From Ochotona princeps (Eukaryota): a DNA stretch of 64,000 bases. The notes beneath the pieces were generated by a model. The model saw nothing but the letters and a program-made list of their open reading frames with translations. It was not told the DNA's origin and searched no databases. The translations under genes and the position numbers were made by a program. Below are positions 38,801 to 50,496 of the stretch, piece after piece. The first letter of the stretch is position 1. Each line of letters opens with the position of its first letter. Where the stretch lies: assembly GCF_030435755.1 (NCBI RefSeq), contig NC_080843.1, positions 68,670,485 through 68,734,484 on the forward strand, in the 5' to 3' direction.

Positions 38801-41100
38801 ATTACAGAAAGAGAGCAGGTAAGTTTTTCTGTTAATTCATTCATAAAGTGCCAACGGCCCGTGAAATCTAGGAGCCAGGAGCAGCTGCTGGTCTCCCACA
38901 ATGATGGTAGGGTCCTGACCTCTTGTTTTCTGATGCTTTCTCGTATTAGAGGATTTGTTTTTAAATCCTTTTCTGTCCTGGTAACTTGGAGTTAGTCCTG
39001 AAGATATGGGGAATTATTAGTAGGAAAGTTGTCATTGTTGGGAAGATCACATTGATATGGAAGTAAACAGCCCGAGCCTTAGTGATCTGCTGGTGGAGTC
39101 AGTTCTGGGTCTCTGCTGAAGTGAGGGAGCCGGGTGTGCTCCGCTGGCCCCGGGGCAGTGGTCCCACCTTTTCAGGTTCAGAACGCAGCTGGGCTGCCCT
39201 TTGTGCTCCAAGCCGGAGAGTCCAGGCCATGAGAGATGCTCTGTGGGCTTCATGTACAAAACTGGACAAGGATTATTGACAAAGATTATTTCAGAAAACT
39301 TTGGGCAGTGAAATTAGGGTCCAGTGTCCAATTGAAACTCTGAGTGGTGGTCGTCAGGCTGTAAGCTGTGTATTGAGGGACCTGCAGTGATTGTAGGTTG
39401 GGATAAAGCGGTATGTGTGTGCTATGCTGGGACCTGGAGAGCATTTCCCAGAGTACTTGTGTCCTAGCTTTCACGGGTATACGTTAGCAGGGAGTTGGAA
39501 CTAAAAGAGCTGAACTCCAGCCATTTAAATACAGGACTTGCCTAAGGGGGGGAAAGTGCACAGTTTGGCTTAAGGCAGATATAGGCAGAGCGAAGTTGTG
39601 GTGCAGGTACTAGGCTTAGATGCATCTGTGCCAGGGTTCAGTCTCCACGGCGCTCAGAGTGACCCACAGAATGGAGAGACGCCTGCTGATTGGGGTTTTA
39701 TTTCAAAAATTCCCGTGCCATTTTATTAAAAAATGAACATATTACACTTAGATTCGGACACTGAACCGCAGACTTCCAGGCTGGTGGATCAGAATGGAGT
39801 TCTTTCCACTTCCAGAAAGTGGGCATCCCAGGTGTGGCATAGGACTGGAACACCAACTCTGAACAGCTCCTTTGACCAAGCCTTGCTTGGCCATGAAACA
39901 CCCTGTCTTAGGCACTGCTTGTCCAAGTTAATCTGTAAAACTCTGGGGATGTGCTTTAGAACTGCTCTTTGCTGTCCCCAGGAGTCAGGCTCAAGGCTTT
40001 TTTATCTTACTCAAATGCTAAAACAACAGCGGAGTCACCATTCAGCAGACAGTCTTCATAGCGGCTAGAAACAGCTCTGTAGGAAAAGCCCTCGCTGGTT
40101 CTCAACTCCTCATTATCCCAAAGAAACCAGAACTTTCCGCATTTCCTTAGTAGTGCACTTGACACATTTCTCTGGGTGTTGAGAAGCTGTGTGTCAGAGC
40201 AAAATAAGTTGAAGTTGTATTTCTCTCAGGTAGGCACATTCTGAGTTTTCATCAACCTTTTACTTTGGATGAAGGCACAGAGAATTGTGCTTGTGTGGCA
40301 GTAGTAGACTAAGAGCAGTCAGAGAGTGGTAACACGTTATCTTTGTTGACCTTCCATGGCTTCTAAACAATTAAAGGCCCTGCAGATTTTCTTATTTATA
40401 TCTCAGCTCTGTTTTCTTGGTTGATTCTCAGTGTTCTTATCTCAATGTTACTGACTCCAGTCTCCTCTAATTTCCAGCTTAACCCCCTGTAAGCAATGAA
40501 ATGCAGTACTATTATATGATTATATCATATACAGTACTGTTATGATTATATATAGTACTGTTATATGGTTCAGGTCACATTGGAGTTCTGAAGTTTGAGA
40601 GAAGTGTGTGTTATTGAGAACCTGCAGGAAAAGCAGTTTTATGACGTGCAGTAGGAGGGATTGTCTGACAAGCCTCCTTAGTGCACTCCATAACTTCCTT
40701 AGTGTGTGCAGGGATCATGTATGTTAGCGCTAGCTCAGTGGAGGGGTGGGCGCCTGGCTGTGGGTGTCAGCTACGGAAGCACTAACTCTGTGACACGGGA
40801 TCTGCCTTTTCCAAGCTGCTTAGCCTGGCAGCGTGCAAGGAAGCTCTAGCAGGCTGACTCACGTGCTTCTTAGGACCCTGCCACTTTTTGAGAAGGCATT
40901 ACAGTTACTCCCATCAGGGTCTACAGTCACTCCCACCAGGGCCATGTGTGCAAATGTTCCCGTGAGCAACACATCCGAGTCCCCGCCACCACCATGTTCG
41001 ACGGGCTAGTCATCTCAGGGGCTGCAACCTCTGCTGTACTCAGTGGCGTTGACTAAGCATGCCTCTTGCTTTAATCCAATGCTTTACACTTGGACATTTC

Positions 41101-41425
41101 TTTTTTAAAAGATTTATTTTTCTTTTTATTAGAAAGGAAGATTGGAAAGGCAGAGAGTTAGCTTTTCTGTCTGCTGGTTCATTCCCCGAGTGGCCATAAC
41201 CAGTGGCCAGAGCCAAGCCAATCTGAAACCAGGAGCCAGGAGCTTCTTCTGGGTCTCCCACACAGATGTAGGGTCCCAGGGCCTTGGGCCGTCCTTGACT
41301 GCTTTCCCAGGCCATAAGCAGGGAGCTGGATGGGAAGTGGGACCGCCAGGACACAAATCAGTGCTCATATGGGATCCCAGCACATGCAAGGTGAGGATTT
41401 AGCCAGTAGGTTATTGTGCCAGGCC
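41101..41425 (-). mobile_element. CSINE SINE, diverged
   Basis: ttttttaaaagatttatttttctttttattagaaaggaagattggaaaggcagagag...attgtgccaggcccc. Confidence 0.7.
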
Positions 41426-42171
41426 CTGATATTTTTTTCTTTATAAACAGAAAGTCCACCGGGGCTAGTAGAAAATCTCAAGTTAAAAAAATTGTTTTAA
41501 CTTTCTTAAATAATCTTAATATATACCATTTCACTTTGTGGAAAAAAATTAATATGCAGTCTGGACACACTGTTGTAAATTCACAATACTGGCACCAACA
41601 CTTAACATCTGTATTTTATCATGTGTTCGAGTCACCATGCCCCCTCTTGGAAAGTGCAATCTAGATGACAGGTTTAAAATGGAAGAGGTCCACGGACAAA
41701 ACTGGACATTGGTAAGGCAGCCAGAGGAATCCCAGACTGCTTCCGGGACAGAGTTCAGGCCACGTGTGCAGGCGCCTTCATGCAGTCCTTCCTGGTGCTC
41801 ACTGTAGCTGCACTCGGTACGCGCCTATCAGCAGCTTGACCTGGGGGGGAAGCAGCATGGCGTCAGCTCGGAATGTTCCAGACAGTGCTCACTACATGAC
41901 TAAGGCTCTAATGCAGACCGGGTTACTCTATGAAGTAACCTTATCAAATAGTATTTCAGTCTAGTTTCCTGTCACATAGGGAAGTCGGTGCCCAGTGTAC
42001 ATATCGGCCACTCCCAACGGGAGAGCTCTGCTTGCCAGACAGAGCCTGGCAGCTCTGCCCTCAGGGCATGCACTCTGCAGCTGGCACACATGTTGCTTCT
42101 ACAGAAACCGGAAACTGGCACAGGCATTTGAGGAAGAGGAAGACAGTAAGTAGGAGGGAAAGGCTGGTCAC

Positions 42172-42255
42172 CTTGGCTGAGGGAGCCTCGGTCAGTCGCA
42201 GGAAGAGCTTGTTGGGGCCTGCGACGGGGCTGAAGGAGTAGACAAAGTGACTGTC
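42172..42255 (-). CDS. MPHOSPH8: MPHOSPH8 exon (penultimate or last): DSHFVYSFSPVAGPNKLFLRLTEAPSAK
   Basis: Reverse strand: acceptor ...ctgcag|GACAGTCAC; phase-0 continuation of the preceding exon (...PVFL|DSHF...); ends AAG|gtgacc, a weak donor; the terminal exon and stop below 42172 are not resolved. Confidence 0.6.
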
Positions 42256-42737
42256 CTGCAGTGGGAAAGAGAAAACCAGGCAGTGTCTTTAGATGAAATT
42301 CTGCATCTACAAACAACAGAGCCGGGCGGTAACAACATCTGTCAGGATTTATAGAAGTCAGTATGTTAGCAATTTTTTTTTTCTTGATTTGTTAAATCTA
42401 GCTAATCTTTGGATAGGAACACATGCAGTTACAGTACTTCATTCAGACCAAGGAAGGAACTTTAAAAGAGAAATGTGTCAAGATATTTGAGAAATATTTA
42501 AAAATGTACTTATCCAGCTACCTGGCGGTGCATGAGCATAGTTTAACAATAAGAAGTGAATTACATTTATGATACATTTATGAACACTTCGAATTTTTCA
42601 GGAAAATCTATGTAAATACTCTTTTATTGCCAACAACTGGCTTCCGGGGCTGTTTACCAAATGTTAGTGAGAATTAAATCACCTGTGTTCTTCAATAGAA
42701 GACTCACTTTATAAAACTCAACTATGGAAGATCTTAC

Positions 42738-42865
42738 CAGAAAAACAGGAAGTTGAAATTTATCATTTAACACTACAGCTTGTACGCAGCATGGCCCGCA
42801 GAGCCGAGCGATAACTTCCTTCCCCAGAAAGTTGGCATGAAAGATAAAGAGCAGAACACCAGAGC
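42738..42865 (-). CDS. MPHOSPH8: MPHOSPH8 exon: (G)SGVLLFIFHANFLGKEVIARLCGPCCVQAVVLNDKFQLPVFL
   Basis: Reverse strand: acceptor tcccacag|GCTCTGG; donor TTTCTG|gtaaga; phase-consistent with the exon at 46564-46718 (G + GC = Gly); strongly matches the remembered MPP8 C-terminal region. Confidence 0.8.
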
Positions 42866-43479
42866 CTGTGGGAGGAAGTGGGAGAGGATTACAATCGCCT
42901 CCTCGGAGCCGAGGGGACAGGCTGAGCCACCTGCCCACTGGAAAGCGGGCACTGCGTGGGGTGCCAACCCTCCTTCCTCTGAGGGGCAGGGCCTCTGCTG
43001 ACGGTCCTAAGAGGCAGCACTTGATGGCCCGAGTGCTCGCTTTTGGTTAGGCCCAGATGGCATTTAAACAGTAAAAGCAAACTATTGGGTGGAAGATTCT
43101 TCTGTCCCTCTGCCTTGCAAATAAGTAAATACATCTTAAATAAAATCGATCCCCTTGTGCTAAGGCAAGTGTTACACTAGTGAGAACAGAGTAGCTAGTA
43201 GGGAGGCATCCGGGCTTCGTTAATGCCAACTTTGTGCAACAGTACCAGTATGCCAGCACTGTTTCTTGTTACTTTTTCCTTGGATATACCACACCGGAGC
43301 ATAGCCAGGGGGCTACAGACTGCCTGCAAAGGGGGCATGACGGGCTTTGGGATGTACTGGCGTGCATGTCTGACAGTGAGAGAACAACTTGTGGGGTCCT
43401 ACACAAGCCACTGCACTCACAAATAAGCGAGTGGTGTAGAGGGGGAAACCAGAGGGCAGGATCAGGTCAAGGCCCCCAC

Positions 43480-44560
43480 CTACGCTGGGAGACCTGAGCT
43501 GGGCTAAACAGCATGGCCCATGCCCCACTGATGCATGCATGCAAAAGCTGGGCTAGGCTGAGTGTCACAGCAGGGGCAGGTCAGGCTGGGCCAAGCACCC
43601 ACCAGAACCAGTGGAGAGGACCAGATCTGGGAGCAGGTTCTGTAGCTTACCTGTGGCTTGCCTGTGTGCTCCAGTACTCACTGGCTTACATGGACAGACG
43701 GGGTCACTGATGGGCTGGGCAGACTGGAGCCCAGAACCCACCTGACGGGAACCTACTGGATGCTTGTGGGAGCTAGGGCTGGGAGGTGCTCAGGCAGTGC
43801 CAGGTTCCCATACCCACTGGCCCACGCAAAGACTGAGCTTGAAGGCAGATCATCTAAGCGAGGCTCCAGCACCTGCTGGCGTGTGTGATACTGGGCTGGG
43901 AGCAGGCCTAGCGGGGAACATGGGGAACTCTCCTGCTGGGCAGCACAAGAGCCAGGAGTTGCGGACAAGCCAGACCAGGAGAATCTATAGTCAGCATTTG
44001 TGTGAGCCAGGTCTACAAACAGGCTAAGTTGCTGTACCTGCTGGCACGCACAAGACCCAGATTGGGTGCGGGCCAGCTAAGCTAGGGCACAGCACCAGGT
44101 GGCAAAGTGCTGAGACTAGGTGTGAATTTTGTCAGGCTGGAGTGCAGTACCCCCTGGCTGCTACCTCCCAAGCTAGGCTGTACCTATGGCAGTTGAGCAC
44201 AAGAGTCAGGGGTGAGGGCCTTAGCACCTGTCAGCGTACCTGAGGGCTGGGTCTGTGGGCAGGTCAGGCTGGGCTAAGCTGCCGCACCCCTGGGTGTGCA
44301 TGAGAGCCAGATGGGATACGGGCTGAGCTGGGCTGGCCACAGTAAAGGCTGGCAGCAGCCCTGATCAGGATTATTCTGGATCACATGGAATAGGCCACAG
44401 TACTTGATGGTAAGTATGAGGACCAGGTCTGTGGCTGTCCGGCTAGGCTAACAAGGAAACTTGTATCCATTGTGTTGGCTGCTGTAGGGGAAAGACCAAA
44501 TCTGACCCTGCACACTAGACTCAGGAGTGAGGTGACCCCTGGAAGGCTATCCTGGGAGAC
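43480..44560. repeat. Degenerate GC-rich tandem array with roughly 100-130-bp units, intronic
   Basis: Recurring motifs caggtcaggctgggc(c/t)aag(c)...cacc...tgg...gcatgagagccagatgggatacgggc... and ...acctgctggc(a/g)(c/t)g... repeated about 8-9 times with substitutions. Confidence 0.5.
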
Positions 44561-45821
44561 TCCCAGCTAGACTGCTTGACTCAGACCCCGGGCACTGAGA
44601 GTGTATGGTCCAAGCTTGGAGAGCACGTGTCAGGACTGGGCCTCCTCAGATGCTCACAGAGGACACCAAGGAGCAGACCGATGGTCCTGATCCTGGCCCA
44701 CTCTCAACAGCAAAGTCAGGAAAACCCACCGGATAAGGATGCCTGCAAGGTTACATATGGATACAGCTGCCAGTACATGTAGCCATGGCGCATGTGCAAG
44801 TAAAAACTGCGTAGCCCAGCTGTGCAGGGCAGAGCAGCTGCCGCTGGCGCTCCCAGGTGGAAGTACTGAGGATTTTGTATGCAAACAGTCCACATGCTGA
44901 GATGCTAATTCGGCTGTATTTTCTCTGATACAGTTTTCAATGAATGTTTTAAAAATGGGGATTGAGGCTTCTGCAGTCGGAGCTGGCTTCCTGCCTGCAG
45001 CCTGCGTTCCACGGACATGCAGGCCTGTGCTAAAGAGGTCTGACCCGAACAGGAGCTGCCAAGCCGACTTTGGAAGCACAGCTAAACTTTGTATCTTGCC
45101 ACTAAAATTTTTCTAATAGCAATAAAATTCAGGGGGGAACAAAGATCTTAGAATCTTGAAGCCAAATTTGCATAAAATGCCTTTTCTGGTCACTCCCTAG
45201 ACAGCCAGTGCTATGCCAGGCAAAAACCACAAACTTTATCCTGGTAACACGTACTTCTTAATAGGTGTTAACACTCGCATCCAATACGTATTTCTTTTCC
45301 TACCAGTTCTGCTATTTGTTATTTTCTTAATGATTTGGAAAACAGAAGGATGGAGAGACAGAGATCTCCTCAACCTGCAACCTCTCTCTCCAGATGCTTG
45401 CAAGAGCCAGGGCTGGAACAGCCCGGGTCTGTAAGTCTATCTGGGGTCTCTTGTATGGGCGGCAGGGAGCCGAGTACCTGGGCCAGCACTGCTGCCTCCT
45501 GGGGTGCCCACAGGTAGGCAGTGCCACACAGGACGTGGGCGTTCCAGGCTATAGCTTAATCCTACCATGACACCTGACCCTGTTGATTTCTTTAGATTTA
45601 TTTATTACTACTGGAAAGGAAGATTTATAGAGAGGAGATACAGAGAGATTTTTATGTCCGCTGAGTCACTCCCCAAGTGGCTGCAAGAGCCACTGAGCCA
45701 TTGTGCTGGGCCTGACAGTGTTAACTTCTGATATAATTGTTACAGTTATTTCCTTGGATTTTTGTATTCAGAATGGATTCTGGGTCCCAGCGAGATTGCC
45801 AAATGGCTCTATCTTTTATCT

Positions 45822-46150
45822 TTTTTTTTAAAGATTTATTTATCTTTCTTAATAGAAAGCCAGATATACAAAGAGGAGGAGAGACAGAAAGGAAGATCTT
45901 CACCGATTCACTCCCTATGTAGCCACAATGTCCAGAGCTGAGCCAATCTGAAGCCAGGAGCCTCTTCTGGGTCTCCCATGCAGGTGCAGGGTCCCAAGGC
46001 TTTGGGACATCCTTGACTGCTTTCCCAGGCCACAAGCAGGGAGCTGGATGGGAAGCGGGGCTGCCAGGATTAGAACCAATGTCCATATGGGATCCCGGTG
46101 TGTGCAAGGCAAGGACTTCAGCTGCTAGGCTACCATACCGGAGACCCCAA
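45822..46150 (-). mobile_element. CSINE SINE
   Basis: ttttttttaaagatttatttatctttcttaatagaaagccagatatacaaagaggaggagagacag...; head end abuts the head of the + copy at 46150. Confidence 0.75.
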
Positions 46151-46545
46151 ACAGCTAATCTTGGCCTTGCATGCATCAGGATCCCATAAGAGCTCCCGTT
46201 CAAGTCCCAGTACCTCCACTTCCCATCCAGGGAAGTGACTATCTGGGGGCACAAAGCAAAGCCAGCTTGAAATGGTATGTAAAATACAGCATCACAATCT
46301 CACGGTAAAGTTCCAGCTGGGGCCAGAGAGTGTCTTGTGGCCTGAGAAAGTAGTAGAGAATGGCCCAAAGCTTTGGGACCCTGCACCCGTGTGGGAGACC
46401 TGGAGAAAGCTCCTGGTTCCTGGCTTTAGATCAGCTCAGCTCTGTCTGTTGTGGCCACTTGGGGATTGAGTCAGCGGACAGAAGATCTTCCTCTCCGTAA
46501 ACCTGCCTTCCCGAAATAAATAAATAAATAAATATTTTAAATGGA
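46150..46545 (+). mobile_element. CSINE SINE with an internal insertion of about 90 bp; head-to-head with the preceding copy
   Basis: ...cttggccttgcatgcatcaggatcccataagagctcccgttcaagtcccagtacctccacttcccatccag [insert] ...cttgtggcctgagaaagtagtagagaatggcccaaagctttgggaccctgcacccgtgtgggagacctgg...aaataaataaataaataaata. Confidence 0.7.
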
Positions 46546-46563
46546 TTCTGTGCAGAGGCTTAC

Positions 46564-46718
46564 CTTCTGGTATGTTCTGTGGAGGTTTATAATGAAAATC
46601 CGTGGAAAAATCTGGCCCTTCACAGAGCCGGTGACATGCTATTGGGAAAACAGGTTCTAGCAGAGCAAGCCGAGCCTCAAAATAATCCCTGATGGTCTCT
46701 TCAGCTACTCTTGAAAGT
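46564..46718 (-). CDS. MPHOSPH8: MPHOSPH8 exon: (T)LSRVAEETIRDYFEARLALLEPVFPIACHRLCEGPDFSTDFHYKPPQNIPE(G)
   Basis: Reverse strand: acceptor tctctcag|ACTTTCAAG; donor GAAG|gtaagc; 1+153+1 nt with phases matching both neighbouring exons. Confidence 0.8.
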
Positions 46719-47524
46719 CTGAGAGAACACGACAGAAGAAGTTGTTAATAACACTAGAAGACCACAGCTGTCATTTAGACTGCCAAATACAAGCGAAGCC
46801 TTCCATGTCAACCAGAGGAACCATGGGGCAAGTGCTGGCTAAGCCGCCACTTGACACCAGCACCCCATACTGGAGGGTCAGGCGGGAGTGCCAGCGAGCC
46901 TGCGTCCCGTTCTTGGTCACGTGTCTGGGAAGGCAAGGCTGGGCTGTGGGGGACTCCGGGGGAGTTGGGGGCTTGTGGCTTTGGCCTGGTGCAGTCCGTC
47001 TGGCTGCTGTGGCCATTGTGGAAGGGCACCAACAGATGACCAGCTCTTCTCGGAAACTGTCTGCCTTCTATGTCTCTTGTCTAACACTGGAGTAATTATT
47101 CACTGTCTTGCAGGCATGAAGATCCAGGTCATTTCCTCAGTAAAGCGACCCCAGAGAAGGGCAGTCACGCCTGCCCAGAACTCATCCTGCACACAGGACG
47201 CACCGTGACCGACTGGGTCTGAGAGATGATGCCAAAAAAAAAAAACAATTTGTCAGTGACTTAAAGATACCAAGTTACTGGTGTCACGGAGTATGAACGT
47301 AACTTAGAGAATGAACTTGGATAAACTACAGTACATCCACACAATAAAACATCAGTGTCACAAAGAAATGAGCTCTGTATGAAGCCAGAAGACGTGGGAC
47401 GAACCTGTGCCCGTCACTAACACAAAGAAGCAATTTGCAACCGTGGAATAATGTCTCACACCAGTCACTCTGGAAGAGGCTTTGGCTTCTGAAGATTTCA
47501 AACCAGGACAGGGGTTGCTAGGAT

Positions 47525-47542
47525 GGGGGGGGGGGGGGGGGG
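47525..47542. repeat. poly(G) homopolymer, about 18 nt
   Basis: Visible G run in atggggggggggggggggggggcgtgaac. Confidence 0.9.
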
Positions 47543-48074
47543 CGTGAACTGACGGAGTACAGTGGGTTCCTTACACTGCAGAAGTGAACACACACGAGTG
47601 CACACTTGTCTAAAACCACAGAACACAACGCCAAGAATGACCGTATGCCCTGAAGTCTGCCACTCTGCTGAGGGACACCGGAACAGGGACCAGCTGTGTG
47701 TGTACTGAGGGGCACTTGGGAAATCTGTACCTTCCTTTCAATTTTGCTATGAACATAAACTGCTGAAAAATCAAGTCTATTTCAAGACGAAAAGACACCA
47801 AAGGAACAGCAGACCACGTGTCTGAAGGACATATTCCCAGATATGCTAGTGGTAAGCTTCGCAATTTTCTGAGATTTTAATAATTTCAAAAAAAAAAAAA
47901 AATCAGTAAACTGTCACTTACTAAAAGTTCATGATCTTGGAACAGAAACCCATCAGGCCTCGGGCCTTCATCTTGACCCAAGCGGGTACATGGACCATTC
48001 TAACGAAGTGTGTGTTCAAATAAACAGATACATCATCACTTGTGACTCAACCGTGGCAGTCATTTCACACTTAC

Positions 48075-48229
48075 GTCTCTAAGTGACTCTTGAGCAAATC
48101 ATACACAAGCACGTTGTTGCTTTGCTTAGCAAAGTGCATAGCACTGTTTTGATGCTTTGATAAAATATTGCAGTCTGCTCCACATTCAATTACAAGTCGT
48201 ACAATATCTGAATTTCCTCTTTTACAGGC
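48075..48229 (-). CDS. MPHOSPH8: MPHOSPH8 ankyrin-repeat exon: ACKRGNSDIVRLVIECGADCNILSKHQNSAMHFAKQSNNVLVYDLLKSHLE(T)
   Basis: Reverse strand: acceptor cctag|GCCTGTAAAAGAGG; donor GAGAC|gtaagt; ankyrin consensus motifs (G-D--V--LL--GAD-N); phases fit the neighbouring exons. Confidence 0.85.
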
Positions 48230-49497
48230 CTAGGATTGTGGAAAGGAAAAAGAACGGTTATTTAACCGGAAACTATGATACATACCAAGTGGAACTGCAT
48301 ACTCCAGGCGGTTCTCTGTGAGGGGGTAGAGGGGCACAGAATGCTGGGGTCCGGCTTCTGCGAGTGTCGGAACCTGCAGACTGCCACAGCTCAGGCGAAT
48401 GGCAGGTCCTGTGAGTGCTACATTCAGTCAAGGTCAGTGACTAACCCTGAAGAAGTGGGCAGTTTCAACCAGGATCCTTCAGCCCCAAGATGAGCCCCAG
48501 GCCTTCCGGAAGCCCCTCTGTTGCCCAGTGGCTGCTTCTGCCCTGTTGGCTGGGGGCCCTGTCCTAGGCCAGCTCCACTGCACAGGTGTTTAGGCCCTTT
48601 TGCTATTCAGGTAGACCTTGGCCCCATGGAGAAACCCATAGCAAAATCACAGTTTTAGAAGTAAGCTTGGTCTCCTACTAGGTAAAACCAACATTTTCGT
48701 GAACCAAAGGTAAGACAAACACAAAGCAGTGAGTGAGGCTCAGATTCCAAGTGTGGCCAGAGGCTAAGGGGCACGTGGCTGGACCTGCAGAACAGGACGG
48801 AAGAGCAGACTAGGGCCAGACTGGCTGCTCACCTGCTGACCCAGAAGCAGCAGGAACAGGGACCTGGGAGCCACGCTCAGGGCAAGGCTAACGGGCAGCT
48901 ACCCGTGTGGCAGGAGATGGGAGGGAGACAGACCCTCTCTCCTCAGGCTTCTGAGAGCTGCCAGGCAAGTGTAAGCAGGACCAAGCCAGTCCCCGGGGAG
49001 GCTGCAAGCATCAGAAAGGTGTGTCTTTGACTTTGTAGACGGGATGCCGGCTAGGGCGTGCAGGAGAGCAACAGGTGCATTCCTGGCTCCAGGCTGCAAG
49101 AGGGAGTCGGCGATGGCAGCTGCTGAGGTTCCTGTCACCTCCTGTCATTTGAGGCACTGAGAACAAAGCAGCGTATAGGCGCTCCCTCTGTCTCCCACAT
49201 CAACCACAGGCCTTTAGGGCACAGGTGGCACGGGGGCTCTTCTCCGGCTTGCAGCCTCCGACTGGTCAGGGCCACGCTTTGCTGACGTACCCACTGCACC
49301 CTGCCCAGTATGTCCTTTGGGCTCATCGGGCTTAGCTCAGGGGTACCGCCGGGTCAGCACTCAAGGCAACACTGCCCACATCGAGCTCCTGAGGGCGCTG
49401 CCCGCTGCTGCAGCCCAGAGGCTGCCCCGTCCTCCACGGGCCTGGCGGGCCAGGTGCCCACTTCACGCCGGGACGGATGGCCACAGGCAGAGCTTAC

Positions 49498-49584
49498 CTT
49501 CATGAGTGCGGTCTCACCGTTGCTCTGCTGGACATTGACAAAAGCACCAGCTTCTAGAAGAATCGCCACTGTCGTCAGAAAGTT
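49498..49584 (-). CDS. MPHOSPH8: MPHOSPH8 ankyrin-repeat exon: NFLTTVAILLEAGAFVNVQQSNGETALMK
   Basis: Reverse strand: acceptor aaatag|AACTTTCTG; donor ATGAAG|gtaagc; 87 nt, phase 0 at both ends. Confidence 0.85.
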
Positions 49585-50013
49585 CTATTTAAAGAAGAGG
49601 AACAAGAAACAACTATTAGCCCGATTTTGAAAAATGTATTTGAGATTGTTGTCCACCAGGAAAAATAATCAGTGGATTTCTTTTCCAAGGAGTAGCTAGC
49701 CAGTGTTTTCGTGCCCTCACACTGCCCTGCATAGAAACAGTGCAGGAGGTCCACCAAGGTTTAACTCTTGGTCTCACCGCAGTTAGAACAAATATTGAAA
49801 TTATTTAAGCTGTGGACCACAAGAGGGCCTTTTCCAGATAATTACTTCCAAGGAGATGATTCGCATTTTGCAAATCCTATTACCAAGTAGTACGCACTTA
49901 TGCAGTACACACTTAGGACACTGTCACGGGTGGACTAGGGCAGGCATGGGCAATCACACATCACGAGAGACCGAAGCGCCTGTGGGAGCCTGGGACCCCC
50001 GGGCCTCTCTGAC

Positions 50014-50154
50014 CTTCTCCGCGGCGTGGATGAGCGCGGTGGTCCCGTTCTTCTGCTGCCTGTTCACTTTGGCCCCTTTGGTGATGAGGAGCCTCAGGAG
50101 GTCATCCTGTCCCCCTGCCGCAGCAAGCATGACCAGTGTCATCCCACTGGGATC
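50014..50154 (-). CDS. MPHOSPH8: MPHOSPH8 ankyrin-repeat exon: DPSGMTLVMLAAAGGQDDLLRLLITKGAKVNRQQKNGTTALIHAAEK
   Basis: Reverse strand: acceptor cacctacccag|GATCCCAGT; donor GAGAAG|gtcagag; 141 nt, phase 0/0. Confidence 0.85.
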
Positions 50155-50496
50155 CTGGGTAGGTGTCATCAAAAACAGAACTTGTTCATCTTCAGAACAA
50201 TTTTTAAAGTCAAGTCTTTTCACCTAAGAAAGATGCCTCAATCTAAAATCACTGAAGTGTAATATTCCTGTATTGCGGTCTAAACACATATCACCTGCTT
50301 TCACAATACAAAGAGTAAAAGTTGACGAGGCAAAGGATGAAATTCTCAAACAAGAAATCTAAAGGCAGTAACTTCACAATGGTCAGAATCACGTGGCTTT
50401 CATCAGGTGCAGACAACGCGCAGAAACAAGAGGTGTCCGTGTCCAGGCCAGGAAGTCGCCAGGAGTGGGGAGAAGGCCATGAAGACCAAAGGAAGG

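Noticed and set aside
44654-45079. 141-aa minus ORF in an MPHOSPH8 intron
   Set aside because: It has no splice-site support and no motif I recognise. It does not fit the MPP8 sequence between the flanking exons, which join in phase without it.
46742-47208. Overlapping GC-rich ORFs (117 aa, 106 aa) downstream of the MPHOSPH8 exon at 46564-46718
   Set aside because: They lie on the opposite strand to the gene, are mutually overlapping, and are Gly/Ala/Arg-rich, as random GC-rich sequence gives. Probably an intronic CpG-rich patch.
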